Source: Eledone cirrhosa
Lineage: Eukaryota
Assembly (NCBI GenBank): GCA_964016885.1
Contig: OZ024758.1
Coordinates: 28,272,001 to 28,336,000 of the forward strand
Length of the DNA stretch: 64,000 nt
Reading direction: 5' to 3'
The notes beneath the pieces were generated by a model that was not told the origin of the DNA, did no database searches, and saw nothing but the letters and a program-made list of their open reading frames with translations. The translations under genes were made by a program, and so were the position numbers. Shown here piece by piece: positions 12,374 to 25,100 of this stretch (position 1 is its first letter; every line of letters starts with the position of its first letter).

Positions 12374-12553
12374 AATTGTTTCTACTTTAGGCACAAGGCC
12401 AGCAACCACCCAGTGTATTACTGGTACTTTATTTTATCGACCCCATAAGGATGAAAGGCAAAGTTAACCTTGGCGGGATTTGAACTCAGAATGGCAAGGG
12501 CAGTAACTCTATGCGTCAAAGCATGGCGTCCGACCCTCTACCGATACTGCCAT
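12374..12553 (-). mobile_element. SINE family S1
   Basis: Match to the S1 consensus. Confidence 0.88.
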
Positions 12554-13010
12554 TGGTTTGGATTGGTTTTTGCTTCAGTATATTTTATATCCCAAGTTAA
12601 TTCAGCTGGCAATCAATGTTTATTATTGATTGACCAACAGTTAAAATATATACTACAGTTAAAATACATACTACTGGTGATGACACACTTGTGTCATCAC
12701 CAGTATTATGTCTCCTCCCATTGTATTGTAATGTTTACTTCAATTCTTCTTTTCTTACATCCACTTATTCATGGGAACATAATCATAAGACATGCCTACC
12801 AGAGACACCTTTTGGGAGCAACTGTCACCTGATGATCTAGGTGGATCCTCAAGTGATACCAATGGGGCTTATCAATATTATCTAATCATCTTGTTTGTGG
12901 TCTATACCTGGATCTCCTGCCAGTTGGCTTTGCTTGTAAAATCTGCCCACTTAAAACCACCGGCAGGTTTTATGAGACAAAGCCATCCTTTTTAAAGGGT
13001 TCCCATTTAA

Positions 13011-13231
13011 CCCTTTAGCATTTAAATCAGCCATATCCAGTCACAATTCTCTCACCTCCCTCTGTTCAAACCGGCTGTAACTAGCCGCTCATACTGACGT
13101 TAAAGTATTATTCTCAAAATAAATAATATCAAAATCTCGTAGATTCGATATTATGTGAGATAATTATATAAGATAAAGCCTTTATCACAAAAATACAATA
13201 GTAAATTTAGTGTAATGTAAATGCTAAAGGG
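13011..13231. mobile_element. piggyBac-like MITE, 221 bp
   Basis: TTAA on both sides; terminal inverted repeat ccctttagcattta / taaatgctaaaggg; four copies in the window. Confidence 0.85.
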
Positions 13232-13287
13232 TTAAATCTAAATCTTCCAACACAATTTTGTATAAGAACCACTTGTTACAAATACTA

Positions 13288-13460
13288 TCTAAACTATAAT
13301 AAAGTAAGGAGCGCGGGACTGCATACGGTTTATAATTTTTTATCCCGTTAGTAAAATAAGTTGGATTACTTTGAATAAATAATGAATGAATATTACATAA
13401 TTTATCTACTAAATTTCGTGGCTGTTTATTAAATATATTTTATTACTTATTTAAAGATTC
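13288..13460 (+). mobile_element. Dispersed repeat, possibly a Helitron 5' end
   Basis: Starts a|TCtaaactataataaag; a near-identical ~170 bp copy starts at the same point at 15750. Confidence 0.5.
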
Positions 13461-13739
13461 ACTTCTTTAAAATTTTCAAATGTCAACACTTCCGGTTAGC
13501 AATCACTAAAATAAAGATACTAATTTTCTGTCACTAATTTTCTCCTAATGCAGTTTATATATAATATCGTCTTTGTTAATGTATCATGGATTACGTTACT
13601 GATTAAATAAGACAGTGTAACGCAGTCTTCGTTGAATTTCTGTGTATATTGTCAATTATGATTTTATTTGATGTATCATATCTACATGTATATATACTTG
13701 TGTATAATATCAATATACACACTACAGTTGATTAAAACG

Positions 13740-13888
13740 ACCCCAGTGAATTACTGGTGCTTTATTTTATCGACCCTGTCAGGATGGAAGGCAAAGTTAA
13801 CCTCGGCAGGATTTGAACTCAGAAACTAAAGGGCCATAACTCTATGTTGCAAAGCATGGTGCCTGACGCTCTACTGATACTGCCACTG
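13740..13888 (-). mobile_element. SINE family S1
   Basis: Match to the S1 head and central region. Confidence 0.85.
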
Positions 13889-13921
13889 ATAATATACAAT
13901 AGCCTGTTTTTCAATTCTGAA

Positions 13922-14142
13922 CCCTTTAGCATATAAAGCAACCATATCTGGCCAGAATTCTCTCACCTCTTTCTGTTCAAACTGGCTATAAATTGCCACT
14001 TATACTGATGTTAAGGTATTGTTCTCAAAATAAATAATATCAAAATCTCATAGATTCGATATTATGTGAGATAATTATGTGAGGTAAAGCCTTTACCATG
14101 AAAATATAATAGTATATATAGAGTAATGTCAATGTTAAAGTG
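13922..14142. mobile_element. piggyBac-like MITE copy
   Basis: Collinear with 13011-13231; degenerate inverted repeats, TTAA on the right. Confidence 0.8.
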
Positions 14143-14254
14143 TTAACCCTTTCATTACCATATTTCTAATGAGATACACTCTATTTCGATTAATTAATGA
14201 AGATTTTAGTGGGATTTACGAAAATAATAAATTATTTCATTATTAAGATAGTAT

Positions 14255-14823
14255 ACTTTACATTCTGAGTTCAAATGCTGCTTAGGTTAACTTTCTATTT
14301 CATCCTTCCAGTGTTGATAAAGTAGTAGTAAAGTACTGGAGTCAATATAACTGGCTTTTCCCCTGCTGCAACAAATTGCAGCCTTTATGCCTAGATTAAA
14401 AATCATTATTAGGATAGTATGGTAGGGCAGTGGATTGGCAGTATCAGTAGAGGGTTGGACGCCATGCTTTGCAGCATAGAGTTACGTCCTTTACGATCTG
14501 AGTTCAAATCCCGCCGGGGTTAGCTTTGCCTTTCATCCTTATGGGGGGGGGGGGGTGATAACATAAAGTATCAGTAATGCACTGGGATAATTGCTGGCCT
14601 TGTGTTATAAATAGAAACAATTATTTTGATAGTATGGTGGATTGGCCCTATCGAAAGAGCATCAAACACCATATCTCACAGCATAGAGTTACGTCCCTTT
14701 ACATTTTGAGTTCAAATCCTGCCGAGGATAACTTGGCCTTTCATCCTTACGGGGTCGATAAAATAAAGTACCAGTAATGCACTGGGGTAATTGCTGGCCT
14801 TGTGCCAAAAGTAGAAACAATTA
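14255..14823 (+). mobile_element. Three SINEs head-to-tail (diverged 14255-14410; S1 14424-14627; S1 14636-14823)
   Basis: Three B-box/central motifs in series; the middle copy is flanked by the duplication gatagtatggt (14413-14423 and 14628-14638). Confidence 0.85.
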
Positions 14824-15046
14824 TTAGTAGAGTTTGAGAAAAGAAATTGAGTGAGGGTAACATGGATGTGAGAATGAGGTTGAAAGGAATAAGGTGGGGG
14901 GTTGGTAACAGTGGGGGTTGGTAACAGTGGCAGCTATTGATTGGACTGTGGGAAAAATCAATAAATAGCATGAAAATCCTTTTCAAAGAACATCTACCCT
15001 TACTCCTAAAAGTTTTGAATATATCGATGGAAATGTTGTTGTTACT

Positions 15047-15310
15047 CGTGATGGTGGTGGAGGTGTTGGTGGTGGTTGTAGTGGTGGTTGTGGTGGTGGT
15101 GGTGGTTATTGTGGTGGTGGTGGTGGTTGTAGTGGTGGTGGTTATTGTGGTGGTGGTGGTGGTTGTGGTGGTGGTGGTTATTGTGGTGGTTGTTGTAGTG
15201 ATGGTGGTGGTTGTGGTGGTTGTTGTAGTAATGGTGGTAGTGGTGGTGGTAGTCGTGGTGCAGGTAGTGGTAGTGGTGGTGGTGGTGCAGGTAGTGGTAG
15301 TGGTAGTGGC
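15047..15310. repeat. Imperfect (GTG)n microsatellite
   Basis: GTG/GTT/GTA triplet run. Confidence 0.95.
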
Positions 15311-15749
15311 TAGTTCAATACATATTGATGGACATCTAGTTTGTAATGTGAGAATCCTGACGTAAATTTATCATTCTAAACACTTTTCATTTTCCACTGT
15401 CATTAAATGGCTGCTAAGTAAAATTCTCTTTTAATATTTTAGCAGACTTTATAATAATTAATGTTATTGAAGATTATTGGTGATGGGGAAGTGATCTAGT
15501 CAGAGAAAACCTGCCAACCAAAAGGTCAGAAGGACCCTCCAGCTATGTCAAAGACAACAACTTCCCTATTGCTGGTATCATGATAAAATGGATTGGTAAA
15601 GTATGGGCTGTAAGTGAGAAGCAGACCTCCCAGTCAGAGGAGTAACTAGGGAAAATAGTGCCCCTGCTTAAACATCTGACACCCTTGAGGTTTGTCTATG
15701 TGGTCATGTAGGCCCCATCACTGCATTTTCACCTATGGAGGCTTAATAA

Positions 15750-15918
15750 TCTAAACTGTAATAAAGTAAGAAGCACGGGATTGCATACGGTTTATCATTT
15801 TTTATCCCCTTAGTAAAATAAGTTGGATTACTTTGAATAAATAATGAATAAATATTACATAATTTATCTTCTAAATTTCGTGGCTGTTCATTAAATATAT
15901 TTTGTTATTTATTTAAAG
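15750..15918 (+). mobile_element. Second copy of the Helitron-like 5' repeat
   Basis: Near identical to 13288-13460; ends at the SINE at 15921. Confidence 0.5.
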
Positions 15919-15920
15919 AA

Positions 15921-16193
15921 GGCGGTGAATTGGCAGTATCGGTAGAGGGTCGGACGCTATGCTTTGATGCATAGAGTTACGGCCCTTGCCATTCTGAGTT
16001 CAAATCCCACCGAGGCTAACTTTGCCTTTCATCCTTACGGGGTCGATAAAATAAAGTACCAGTAATGTGCTGGGGAATTGCTGATGTTGATGTTGATGAT
16101 GATGATGATCACGGTGAGGATGATGTTGATGACAATGATGGTGATGATGATGATGGTGATGGTGATGATGACAATGATGATGATGATGATGAT
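15921..16193 (+). mobile_element. SINE S1 (15921-16078) followed by an imperfect (GAT)n tract
   Basis: S1 match lacking its normal tail, then GAT triplets. Confidence 0.85.
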
Positions 16194-16365
16194 GTGTATA
16201 ATTCAAGAGTCAGTATTACATTAGATCTCTCTCTTACTGATAAAGAACACTCAGCTCCGACATAGGTTTCATGAGAGAGAGGGAAGAAGACATTATGGTA
16301 GAAAGATATGAAAAGAAAGTCATTCATTATTGGAATTTGAGAAAGAAAATATATCTATCTATCTA

Positions 16366-16727
16366 GGGCGGGTAAAATTCCCGAGATCCATGGACGAGTT
16401 CTCTCCAGCGGTCTCTGTCCCTCATCATCGCTGCCATGTCCTGCGTCTCCAAGAGACCAGTGTCTGTCCTTAAGGAATCAACAGACCAGTGTCTGTCCTT
16501 AGGGCATCAACATACGTTAACCTTGGTCTTCCTCTTCCAGTGTGTCCATGCAGGGGCTCCCACAGGAGCATTGAGTGAAGTGTCAACTCTGGATGTCGGT
16601 GAGCATGTCCAGCCAACCTCAGTCTCCTCTGTGTCACTTTTGAGCTGACTTTTGAGAGGCTCCCATACAGCTCAGTTCTTCATCCTCAGTGTATACTTAA
16701 TGTTCAGAGCCATCCTCAGCATTCTCG
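16366..16727 (-). mobile_element. RTE-like family C 3' fragment
   Basis: Collinear with 9110-9452; carries an extra 29 bp tandem duplication. Confidence 0.85.
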
Positions 16728-17244
16728 TGAAAATATATGTAAGGAGTTAAGGAAGCAGTTTTCAGTTTCAAACACCAGACACTATAAGCATGAGAATTTC
16801 TGGTTTTACTTATTATAGATATTCTCTTTCACAAAATAAATACAACTTCATGAATGTTGATCCACTCTACTGTATAGGCATGTTTTTTAAGCAGCCATTC
16901 TTTCTTCATTTTTACTTATTTAGGCAACCTAATTTATTATTATTGTATTCGGTATGTTTTCATACAGGTTGATGTAAACATGGCTATGAAAGAACAAATA
17001 TCCAGGGTTTTACCTTAAAGAGAGCAGACAAAAGTATTATAGATTATATAAGCTTAAAATACAAAACCTACAAAATAATTATAACAAATTTGCACCGAAA
17101 ACCTTTTTTTAAAATAATATATTGCAAAATAAAACAAAGCTTAACACATATAATAATAATATAATAATAATAATGAAATTATTGTGTACAGTGTTCAGGT
17201 GCACTACAACTCATCAAAGGTGCATGTATAGTACATAGAATAAT

Positions 17245-17428
17245 TGTTTCCACTTTTGGCACAAGGCCATCAATTACCCAGTACATTATTGGTACTTTAT
17301 TTTATCGACCCCGTAAGGATGAAAGGCAAAGTTAACCTCGGTGGGATTTGAACTCAGACCATAAAGGGACGTAACTATGCTGGAAAGCATGGCGTCTGAC
17401 CCTCTACCGATACTGCCAATCCACTGCC
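17245..17428 (-). mobile_element. SINE S1 with target-site duplication
   Basis: S1 match; catagaataat at 17234-17244 and 17429-17439. Confidence 0.9.
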
Positions 17429-17629
17429 CATAGAATAATGTACAAATGTCACGAAAGTAAACAGTGTTTGAGTCATGATATACATGTGTGTATGGAGGGG
17501 GATATTGGAACAGACAACCACTTCAAATCAATTCTTGGTCAACAGAAATATTATAAACACCAGCAGTAGACAAAAATATTAGTAAAAAAGAGGACCACTT
17601 TCAACCTATCATGTCCATAGTACATGCTT

Positions 17630-19861
17630 CATCATCATCATCATCATCATCATCAGGTTTAGCGTCCGTGTTCCACGCTTGCATGGGTTTGGACGGGGGT
17701 TTTCCCACTTGAGGCAAGAGTGGTTGTCTTGCTCGCATAGGACTGTCTGGCGGGTTTTCTACAGTTGGATGCCCTTCCTAACACCAACCACATTTACAGT
17801 GTGGGGCTGGGAGGTTTTTACCGTGTTGCCTACACGGCCACATTACAGCGTGGACTGTCTGGCGGGTTTTCTACAGCTGGATGCCCTTCCTAACACCAAC
17901 CACATTTACAGTGTGGGGCTGGGAGGTTTTTACCGTGTTGCCTACACGGCCACATTTACAGCGTGGACTGTGTGTTTTTTGTCGTGACACCTACACGATC
18001 TCATTTGTTTCGGCCTGGATGTTGTGGGACCAACATAACTTTACATTGAAAGGGGCGGTGTGGAGGGACGGGGGTGTGTTTTGATAGAGGTGCCTACTGA
18101 CTGTAGTAGGTTTTTACTTTGTATTTAGGTAAGGCGGGTCTTCTCTATTACTGAGTACCGCCAAAGGTCTCGGTCCAGTGACATTGTCTTGGAGAGGTGT
18201 AAGCGTGTGAGGTCGGAATTTATCAGCTCGTCCCATGTTTTTCTGGGTCTGCCTACTCCGTGGCTACCGTCTATCTTTATTGCCCTGCACTTTGTTATAC
18301 AGCTGTCGTCTTTCATGCGCATCACGTGACCGTACCAACGTAGCCTTCTCTCGAGTAAACAACATCTGATCCCTCTTATTTCTAATTTTTTCCTTAGTTC
18401 GTTTATGCTTTGCCGTTCACGTATATTACTATTGCACATCCAGCGGAGCATGCAAGCTTCGTTCCTCTCTAGTCTGCGTATATCCTCTGCACACAATGCC
18501 CAGGTCTCACTGCCATGCAGCATTGCTGTTCGTATGCAGGCATCGTATAACCTGCCTTTCATTTTTAGGGAGAACCCTCTAGCGGCTAATAGTGGTATAA
18601 GCTCTCTGAACTTTTTCCATCCAGTTCTGACTCTAGCTACTGTACTTTCAGAGCACCCTCCCCCACTGCTGATTTTGTCACCCAGATAACGGAAGCTGTC
18701 CACTATTTCTATAGAACCCTCTGCGCAGTTGAAGGAGCTAGTATTTTGTGGGCACTTGCTGCTACTTATTGCACCAGAGCACCGGCCACATGTAAAATCT
18801 ATGTTCTTAGTTAGCTTACCTGTGATCCCACTACATCTTTTATGCACCCATACTTTGCATTTGGGACATAAAATGGAGTTTCTACCTACGCCTTTCCTAC
18901 ACACTGAGCATGGCCATTTCCCCGATGGGACCGCCGCCTTATTTTCTTTCCTACAAACTAGAACTTTAGTCTTAGCCAGGTTAATTTTAAGGCCTTTTGA
19001 TTCTAGGCCGTGCTTCCACGTTTGGAATTTCTTCTCTAGTTCGGTCATTGATTCAGCTATGAGCGTTAGATCATCTGCGTATAGGAGTTCCCATGGGCAG
19101 CCGGTCTTGAACTCCTCTGTTATAGCCTGAAGGGCAATAATAAATAGTAGGGGGCTAAGTACAGAGCCCTGATGGACACCAACTTTTACGCTAAACTCTT
19201 CACTATATTCGTTGTTAATTCTAACCTTACTGACTGTTTCTTTATACATGGCTTGTATAGCTCTCACAAGCCATTCGTCAACACCTAGTTTTCTAAGAGA
19301 CCACCAGATAATGGAACGGGGGACTCTGTCGAAGGCTTTCTCCAAGTCGACAAAAGCTAAGTATAGGGGTTTACTTTTAGCTAGGTACTTCTCCTGTAGT
19401 TGTCGTACAATGAAAAGAGCGTCTGTGGTACTTTTACCTGACACAAACCCGAACTGCATTTCATCCAGATCAATTCTCTCTCTGATTAGTTGCGCTATTA
19501 CTTTTTCCGTGACCTTCATGACCTGGTCGATTAATTTAATGCCTCTATAGTTACTCCTATCTAGGGCATCTCCTTTTCCCTTATAGCAGTTAACGATGAT
19601 GCTGCTACGCCATTCCTTCGGAACAACCCCATTCTGTACGACTTGGTTAACTATCCGGGTGACCATGGTGTGTCCCACCGAACCAGATGCCTTCAGCATC
19701 TCAGCAACTATTTCCGAAGGCCCAGCCGCCTTACCCGTCTTCATATCTTTGATTGCCTTACTTATTATACTACCTTCAACTAACACTGCTGGTCCCTCTA
19801 TTGGATCGATCTGGGGGAGACTGTCTTTCTCCCATTTGTTCTCCTCATTTAGAAGCCTTTC
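17630..19861 (-). mobile_element. 5'-truncated RTE family A copy
   Basis: Closely similar to 2296-4410; (cat)n tail at the left end; RT frame open with intact YADD; endonuclease domain absent. Confidence 0.96.
18125..19786 (-). pseudogene. Open RT + PHD finger + C-terminal frame of the truncated RTE copy
   Basis: 553 aa uninterrupted: YRGIKL, QFGF, DLEKAFD, GVHQGSVLSP, LLYADD, FRYLG, MLHGSETW, RLRWYGHV. Confidence 0.9.
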
Positions 19862-20392
19862 TTATATATTATAACTAACGAGGAAGATTCTATAATGTTG
19901 CATGATCTGTTGAAGATAGCAACTAAATCCCTGACTCTATCATCTTAAAAAAGATGAATGTATTGAATGTCTTGGTGGCACAATGCTCTGTGCCTGGGAA
20001 ATGAACCTAAGGGTCCTGGCTGGAACATCTTTGACCATAAATCAGAGCTGTCCTGGAGGTAACAGCATATAGTAAAAGACCTAACTCATTTCTGATCTTA
20101 TCTATCATCCACACCATCCTTCACTAAATATTTCTTGTACTGTTCTTGATTAATTGGTTCTTGTAATCTCACTAATTGTTTTAGACTATCAAGATTTAAT
20201 ATCAATATATTTCCCCCTCCTTTCTGCTTTTGTGAAAATGAATTGTGAGCCAATAGTTGATTTAATCAACTACTTCCCCTTCCCCAAATTGTTAACCTTG
20301 TCCCTAAATTAATAGAACATGGTGTTTATTTATGAACTTTCTAACCAGTTTCATAAGCATGCCTCTATACAACCGAATGCAACTAACATTAA

Positions 20393-20609
20393 CCTTTTAG
20401 CATTTAAACCAGCCGTATTCGGCCAGAATTCTCTCACTCCTTTCAGTTCAAACTGACCGTAACTGGCTACTCATACTGATGTTAAGGTATTGTTCTCAAA
20501 ATAAATAATATCAAAATCTCATAGATTCTATATTATGTGAGATATGTGAAATAAAGCCTTTACCGTGAAAATACAGTTGTATATATAGAGTAATATAAAT
20601 GGTAAAGGG
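20393..20609. mobile_element. piggyBac-like MITE copy
   Basis: TTAA at 20389-20392 and 20610-20613; collinear with 13011-13231. Confidence 0.83.
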
Positions 20610-20799
20610 TTAAAAGAGTTAAAAAGAATAATAAAACAAAATATATAACAACAAACAAACAAATAAAAGGGTGTATTTTTTTAAACAAACAAGAAAATGG
20701 AAATAGATATCAGCTTTTGATAAAAGTATTGATAGATTTTAGCACATATTGTATGTGAGACAGGTGTTTAGACCAAGTCTTTATATTCAACACACTTAC

Positions 20800-21064
20800 A
20801 ATTGTAAGGTTGTGAGTTTGATTCCTGGCAGCACATTGTGTTCTTGAGCAAGGCACTTTATTTCATGTTACTCCAGTTCACTCAGCTGGCAAAAATGAGT
20901 TGTAGCTGTAGTTTGAATGTCCAGCCATGTCACATTCTGTGTCATGCTGAATCTCCCTAAGAACTATGTTAAGAGTACGTGTGTTTGTGGAATGCTCAGC
21001 CACTTGCACGTTAATTTCATGAGCAGGCTGTTCTGTTGATCGGATCAACTAGAACACTCATTGT
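20800..21064 (+). mobile_element. SINE family S2 (CORE-like central domain)
   Basis: B-box-like gagtttgattcc then tgtgttcttgagcaaggcactttatttca...ctccagttcactcagctg, shared with 32121-32416. Confidence 0.7.
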
Positions 21065-21169
21065 CTATATATAGACAGAAAAAGAGGAATCAATTAGACT
21101 AGTTTCAATCCTGTGATTTCACAAATAACTGAAGAACCTTCACAACTAGCCACAGAAATATTACTTATT

Positions 21170-21428
21170 CGCCATTTCTTCTGTCAGCTACAACGACTTG
21201 AGATCAGCTGTCATCTTTTCTACCCAGGTCTTTCTTGGTCTTTCTCTGTTGCAGCTTCCTTCCACTTGGATATCTTGACACTTCTTCACCCACCTATCAT
21301 CACCTATGTACATCACATATTCATACCAGTATAGTCTTCTCTCCAGCCTTTACATCTTCTCTGCATCCACTGCTCATGTCTTGCTACCATACAACATCAC
21401 ACATCACACAGGCATCATACAGAGGGCC
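21170..21428 (-). mobile_element. Old RTE C-terminal remnant
   Basis: Minus strand reads LYDACV..VMLYGSKT*AVDAE..RLERRLYWY..V...VKKC..I.VEGSCNRERPRKTWVE...DLKSL.LTEEM. Confidence 0.8.
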
Positions 21429-21565
21429 TTAAGAAATTTTAAGTTTTATTCCAAATACCATCTTAATGAGAAAGTTAGTTATATTATAAAATCCCTCAAA
21501 ATTCAATATCATTTGAAAAACCATAAACACTACTATACATTATAAATATGGTAACAAAAGGGTTA

Positions 21566-21756
21566 TTAATTGTTTCTACTTTAGGCACAAGGCCAGCAAT
21601 TACCTCAGTACATTACTGGTACTTTATTTTATCGACCCCGTAAGGATGAAAGGCAAAGTCAACCTCGGCAGGATTTGAACTCAGATCGTAAAGGGACGTA
21701 ACTATGCTGGAAAGCATGGCGTCCGACCCTCTATCGATACTGCCAATCCACCGCCC
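21566..21756 (-). mobile_element. SINE S1 with 13 bp target-site duplication
   Basis: aacaaaagggtta at 21553-21565 and 21757-21769. Confidence 0.92.
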
Positions 21757-22018
21757 AACAAAAGGGTTAATAATGGTATTCAGTCATTAATAAAATCCCA
21801 ACACTTGACTGAACCTGTTCTAGCTGATCTCTCTGTTTGTGTCCATGAAAATATTGTATATAAAGTTAATAAAGACAAAGATTTTATAGCTGTCCATTAT
21901 ATATGCTGTCTAACCCAGGCTAGCGAGGAAGACGTAAAATGGGGAATGATGATGATGATTATATACAGTGCTGGCTAAAATCTATAGTTATAATATATAG
22001 TATCATTATTGTAACCAT

Positions 22019-22153
22019 GGCGGTGGATTGGCAGTATCGGTAGAGGGTTGGACGCCAAGATTAACTTTGCCTTTCATCCTTACGGGGGTCGATAAAATAA
22101 AGTACCAGTAATGTACTGGGTAATTGCTGGCCTTGTGTCAAAAGTAGAAACAA
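22019..22153 (+). mobile_element. Internally deleted SINE S1
   Basis: Head joined directly to the central region with the B box missing; flanked by attattgtaac(c/a)atgg. Confidence 0.85.
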
Positions 22154-22169
22154 TTATTGTAACAATGGT

Positions 22170-25100
22170 TGAACATTCCTGATAAAGTCTCTTCACAAGT
22201 CAAAATATTCCATTGCTCCTGGCAACTGCTCCTTACTGAGGTTTGATCATCTGAGAGTTGATCAATGAAGGTTTGAGTAGGTCTTCTTCTCTCATGAGTT
22301 GCTTCTCACAATAGTAACTTGTGTATAACTTCCTGTTTACTTCTCCAGCAATGTCCTGCAAATCATAAACATCTTTGAGGAATTGTACTTACTATATTGG
22401 GCAAGTTTCCGTATAAACATTCATTTATAATATATTGATACCAGTTTATGTTTTGTACAACCTTAAGTAGTTTAGTGTATGCACTATCTAGTTTCTTCTC
22501 AAGAGCTGGTGTCAGGGTCACTGTACCTGACCATACAACAACACTGACTCAAGAGCTGGTGTCAGGGTCTATGTATCTGATCCATACAACACTGACTCAA
22601 GTGTTGCTGTTAGAGACCATGTACCTGATCCATACAACAACACTGACTCAACTGCAGGTGTCAGAGTCCATGTACCTGATCCATACAACAACACTGACTC
22701 AAGTGTTGGTGTCAGGGTCCATGTATCTAATCCATACAACAACACTGACTCAGGAGCTGGTGTCAGGTTCCATGTACCTGAACCATAGAACAACACTGAC
22801 TCAAGTGCTGGTGTCTGGGTCCATGTACTTGATCCATACAACAATTCTGACTCAACTGCTGGTGTCAGGGTCCATGTACCTGATCCATACAACAACACTG
22901 ACTCAAGTGCTTAGTGTCAGGGACCATGGACCTGATCCATACAACAACACTGGCACAAGTGCTGATGTAAGGGTCCCTGTACATGATCCATACAACACTG
23001 ACTGAAGAGCTGGTGTCAGGGTCCATGTACCTGATCCATACAACACTGACTCAACTGCTGGTGTTAGGGACCATGTACCTAATTCATAAAACAATACTGA
23101 TTCAAGGGCTGGTGTCAGGGTCCATGTATCTGATCCATACAACAGCACTGACTCAAGAGCTGGTGTCAGGGTCCATGTACCTGATCCATACAACACTGAC
23201 TCAAGTGCTGGTGTCAGGGACCATGTACCTGATCCATACAACAACACTGACTCAAGAGCTGGTGTCAGGGACCATGTACCTGATCCATACAACAACACTT
23301 ACTCAAGAGCTGGTGTCAGGGTCCCTGTACCTGATCCATACAACAACACTGACTCAAGAGCTGGTGTCAGGGACCATGTACCTGATCCATACAACAACAC
23401 TTACTCAAGAGGTGGTGTCAGGGTCCCTGTACCTGATCCATACAATAACACTGACTCAAGAGCTGGTGTCAGGGACCATGTACCTGATCCATACAACAAC
23501 ACTTACTCAAGAGGTGGTGTCAGGGTCCCTGTACCTGATCCATACAATAACACTGACTCAAGAGCTGGTGTCAGGGACCATGTACCTGATCCATACAACA
23601 ACACTTACTCAAGAGGTGGTGTCAGGGTCCCTGTACCTGATCCATACAACAACACTGACTCAAGAGCTGGTGTCAGGGACCATGTACCTGATCCAGACGA
23701 CAACACTGGCTCAAGAGCTGGTGTCAGGGTCCATGTACCTAATCCATAAAACAACACTGATTCAAGGGCTGGTGTCAGGGTCCATGTACCTGATCCATAC
23801 AACAACACTGACTCAAGTGCTGGTGTCAGGGTCCCTGTACCTGATCCATACAACACTGACTCAAATTCTGGTGTCAGGGTCCATGTACCTAATCCATAAA
23901 ACAACACTGACTCAAGAGCTGGTGTCAGGGTCCATGTACCTGAACCATACAACAACACTGACTCAAGTGCTGCTGTCAGGGTCCATGTACTTGATCCATA
24001 CAACAACACTGACTCAAGTACTGGTGTTAGGGTCCATGTACCTGAACCATACAACAACACTGACTCAAGTGCTGGTGTCAGGGTCCCTGTACCTAATCCA
24101 TAAAACAACACTGACTCAAGAGCTGGTGTCAGGGTCCATGTACCTGAACCATACAACAACACTGACTCAAGTGCTGCTGTCAGGGTCCATGTACTTGATC
24201 CATACAACAACACTGACTCAAGTACTGGTGTTAGGGTCCATGTACCTGAACCATACAACAACACTGACTCAAGAGCTGGTATCAGGGTCCATGTACCTGA
24301 TCCATACAACAACACTGACTCAAGAGCTGGTGTCAGGGTCCATGTACCTGAACCATACAACAACACTGACTCAAGTGCTGCTGTCAGGGTCCATGTACTT
24401 GATCCATACAACAACACTGACTCAAGTACTGGTGTTAGGGTCCATGTACCTGAACCATACAACAACACTGACTCAAGTGCTGGTGTCTGGGTCCATGTAC
24501 TTGATCCATACAACAACACTGACTCAAGAGCTGGTGTCAGGGTCCATGTACCTGATCCATACAACAACACTGACTCAAGTGCTGGTGTCTGGGTCCATGT
24601 ACCTGATCCATACAACAACACTGACTGAAGAGCTGGTGTCAGGGTCCATGTACCTGATCCATACAACAACACTGACTCAAGAGCTGGTGTCAGGGTCCAT
24701 GTACTTGATCCATACAACAACACTGACTGAAGAGCTGGTGTCAGGGTCCATGTACCTGATCCATACAACAACACTGACTCAAGAGCTGGTGTCAGGGTCC
24801 ATGTACTTGATCCATACAACAACACTGACTGAAGAGCTGGTGTCAGGGTCCCTGTGCCTGATCCATACAACACTGACTCAAGAGCTGGTATCAGGGTCCA
24901 TGTACCTGAGCCATACAACAACACTGACTCAAGTGCTGGTGTCTGGGTCCATGTACTTGATCCATACAACAACACTGACTGAAGAGCTGGTGTCAGGGTC
25001 CATGTACCTGATCCATACAACAACACTGACTCAAGAGCTGGTGTCAGGGTCCATGTACTTGATCCATACAACAACACTGACTCAAGAGCTGGTGTCAGGG

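Noticed and set aside
14937-16327. Poly-Val, poly-His and poly-Asp ORFs
   Set aside because: Translations of GTG and GAT microsatellites.
16968-17018. Possible exon VDVNMAMKEQISRVLP* after ttttcatacag
   Set aside because: A single acceptor-like site in AT-rich DNA with no partner exon or homology; too weak to call.
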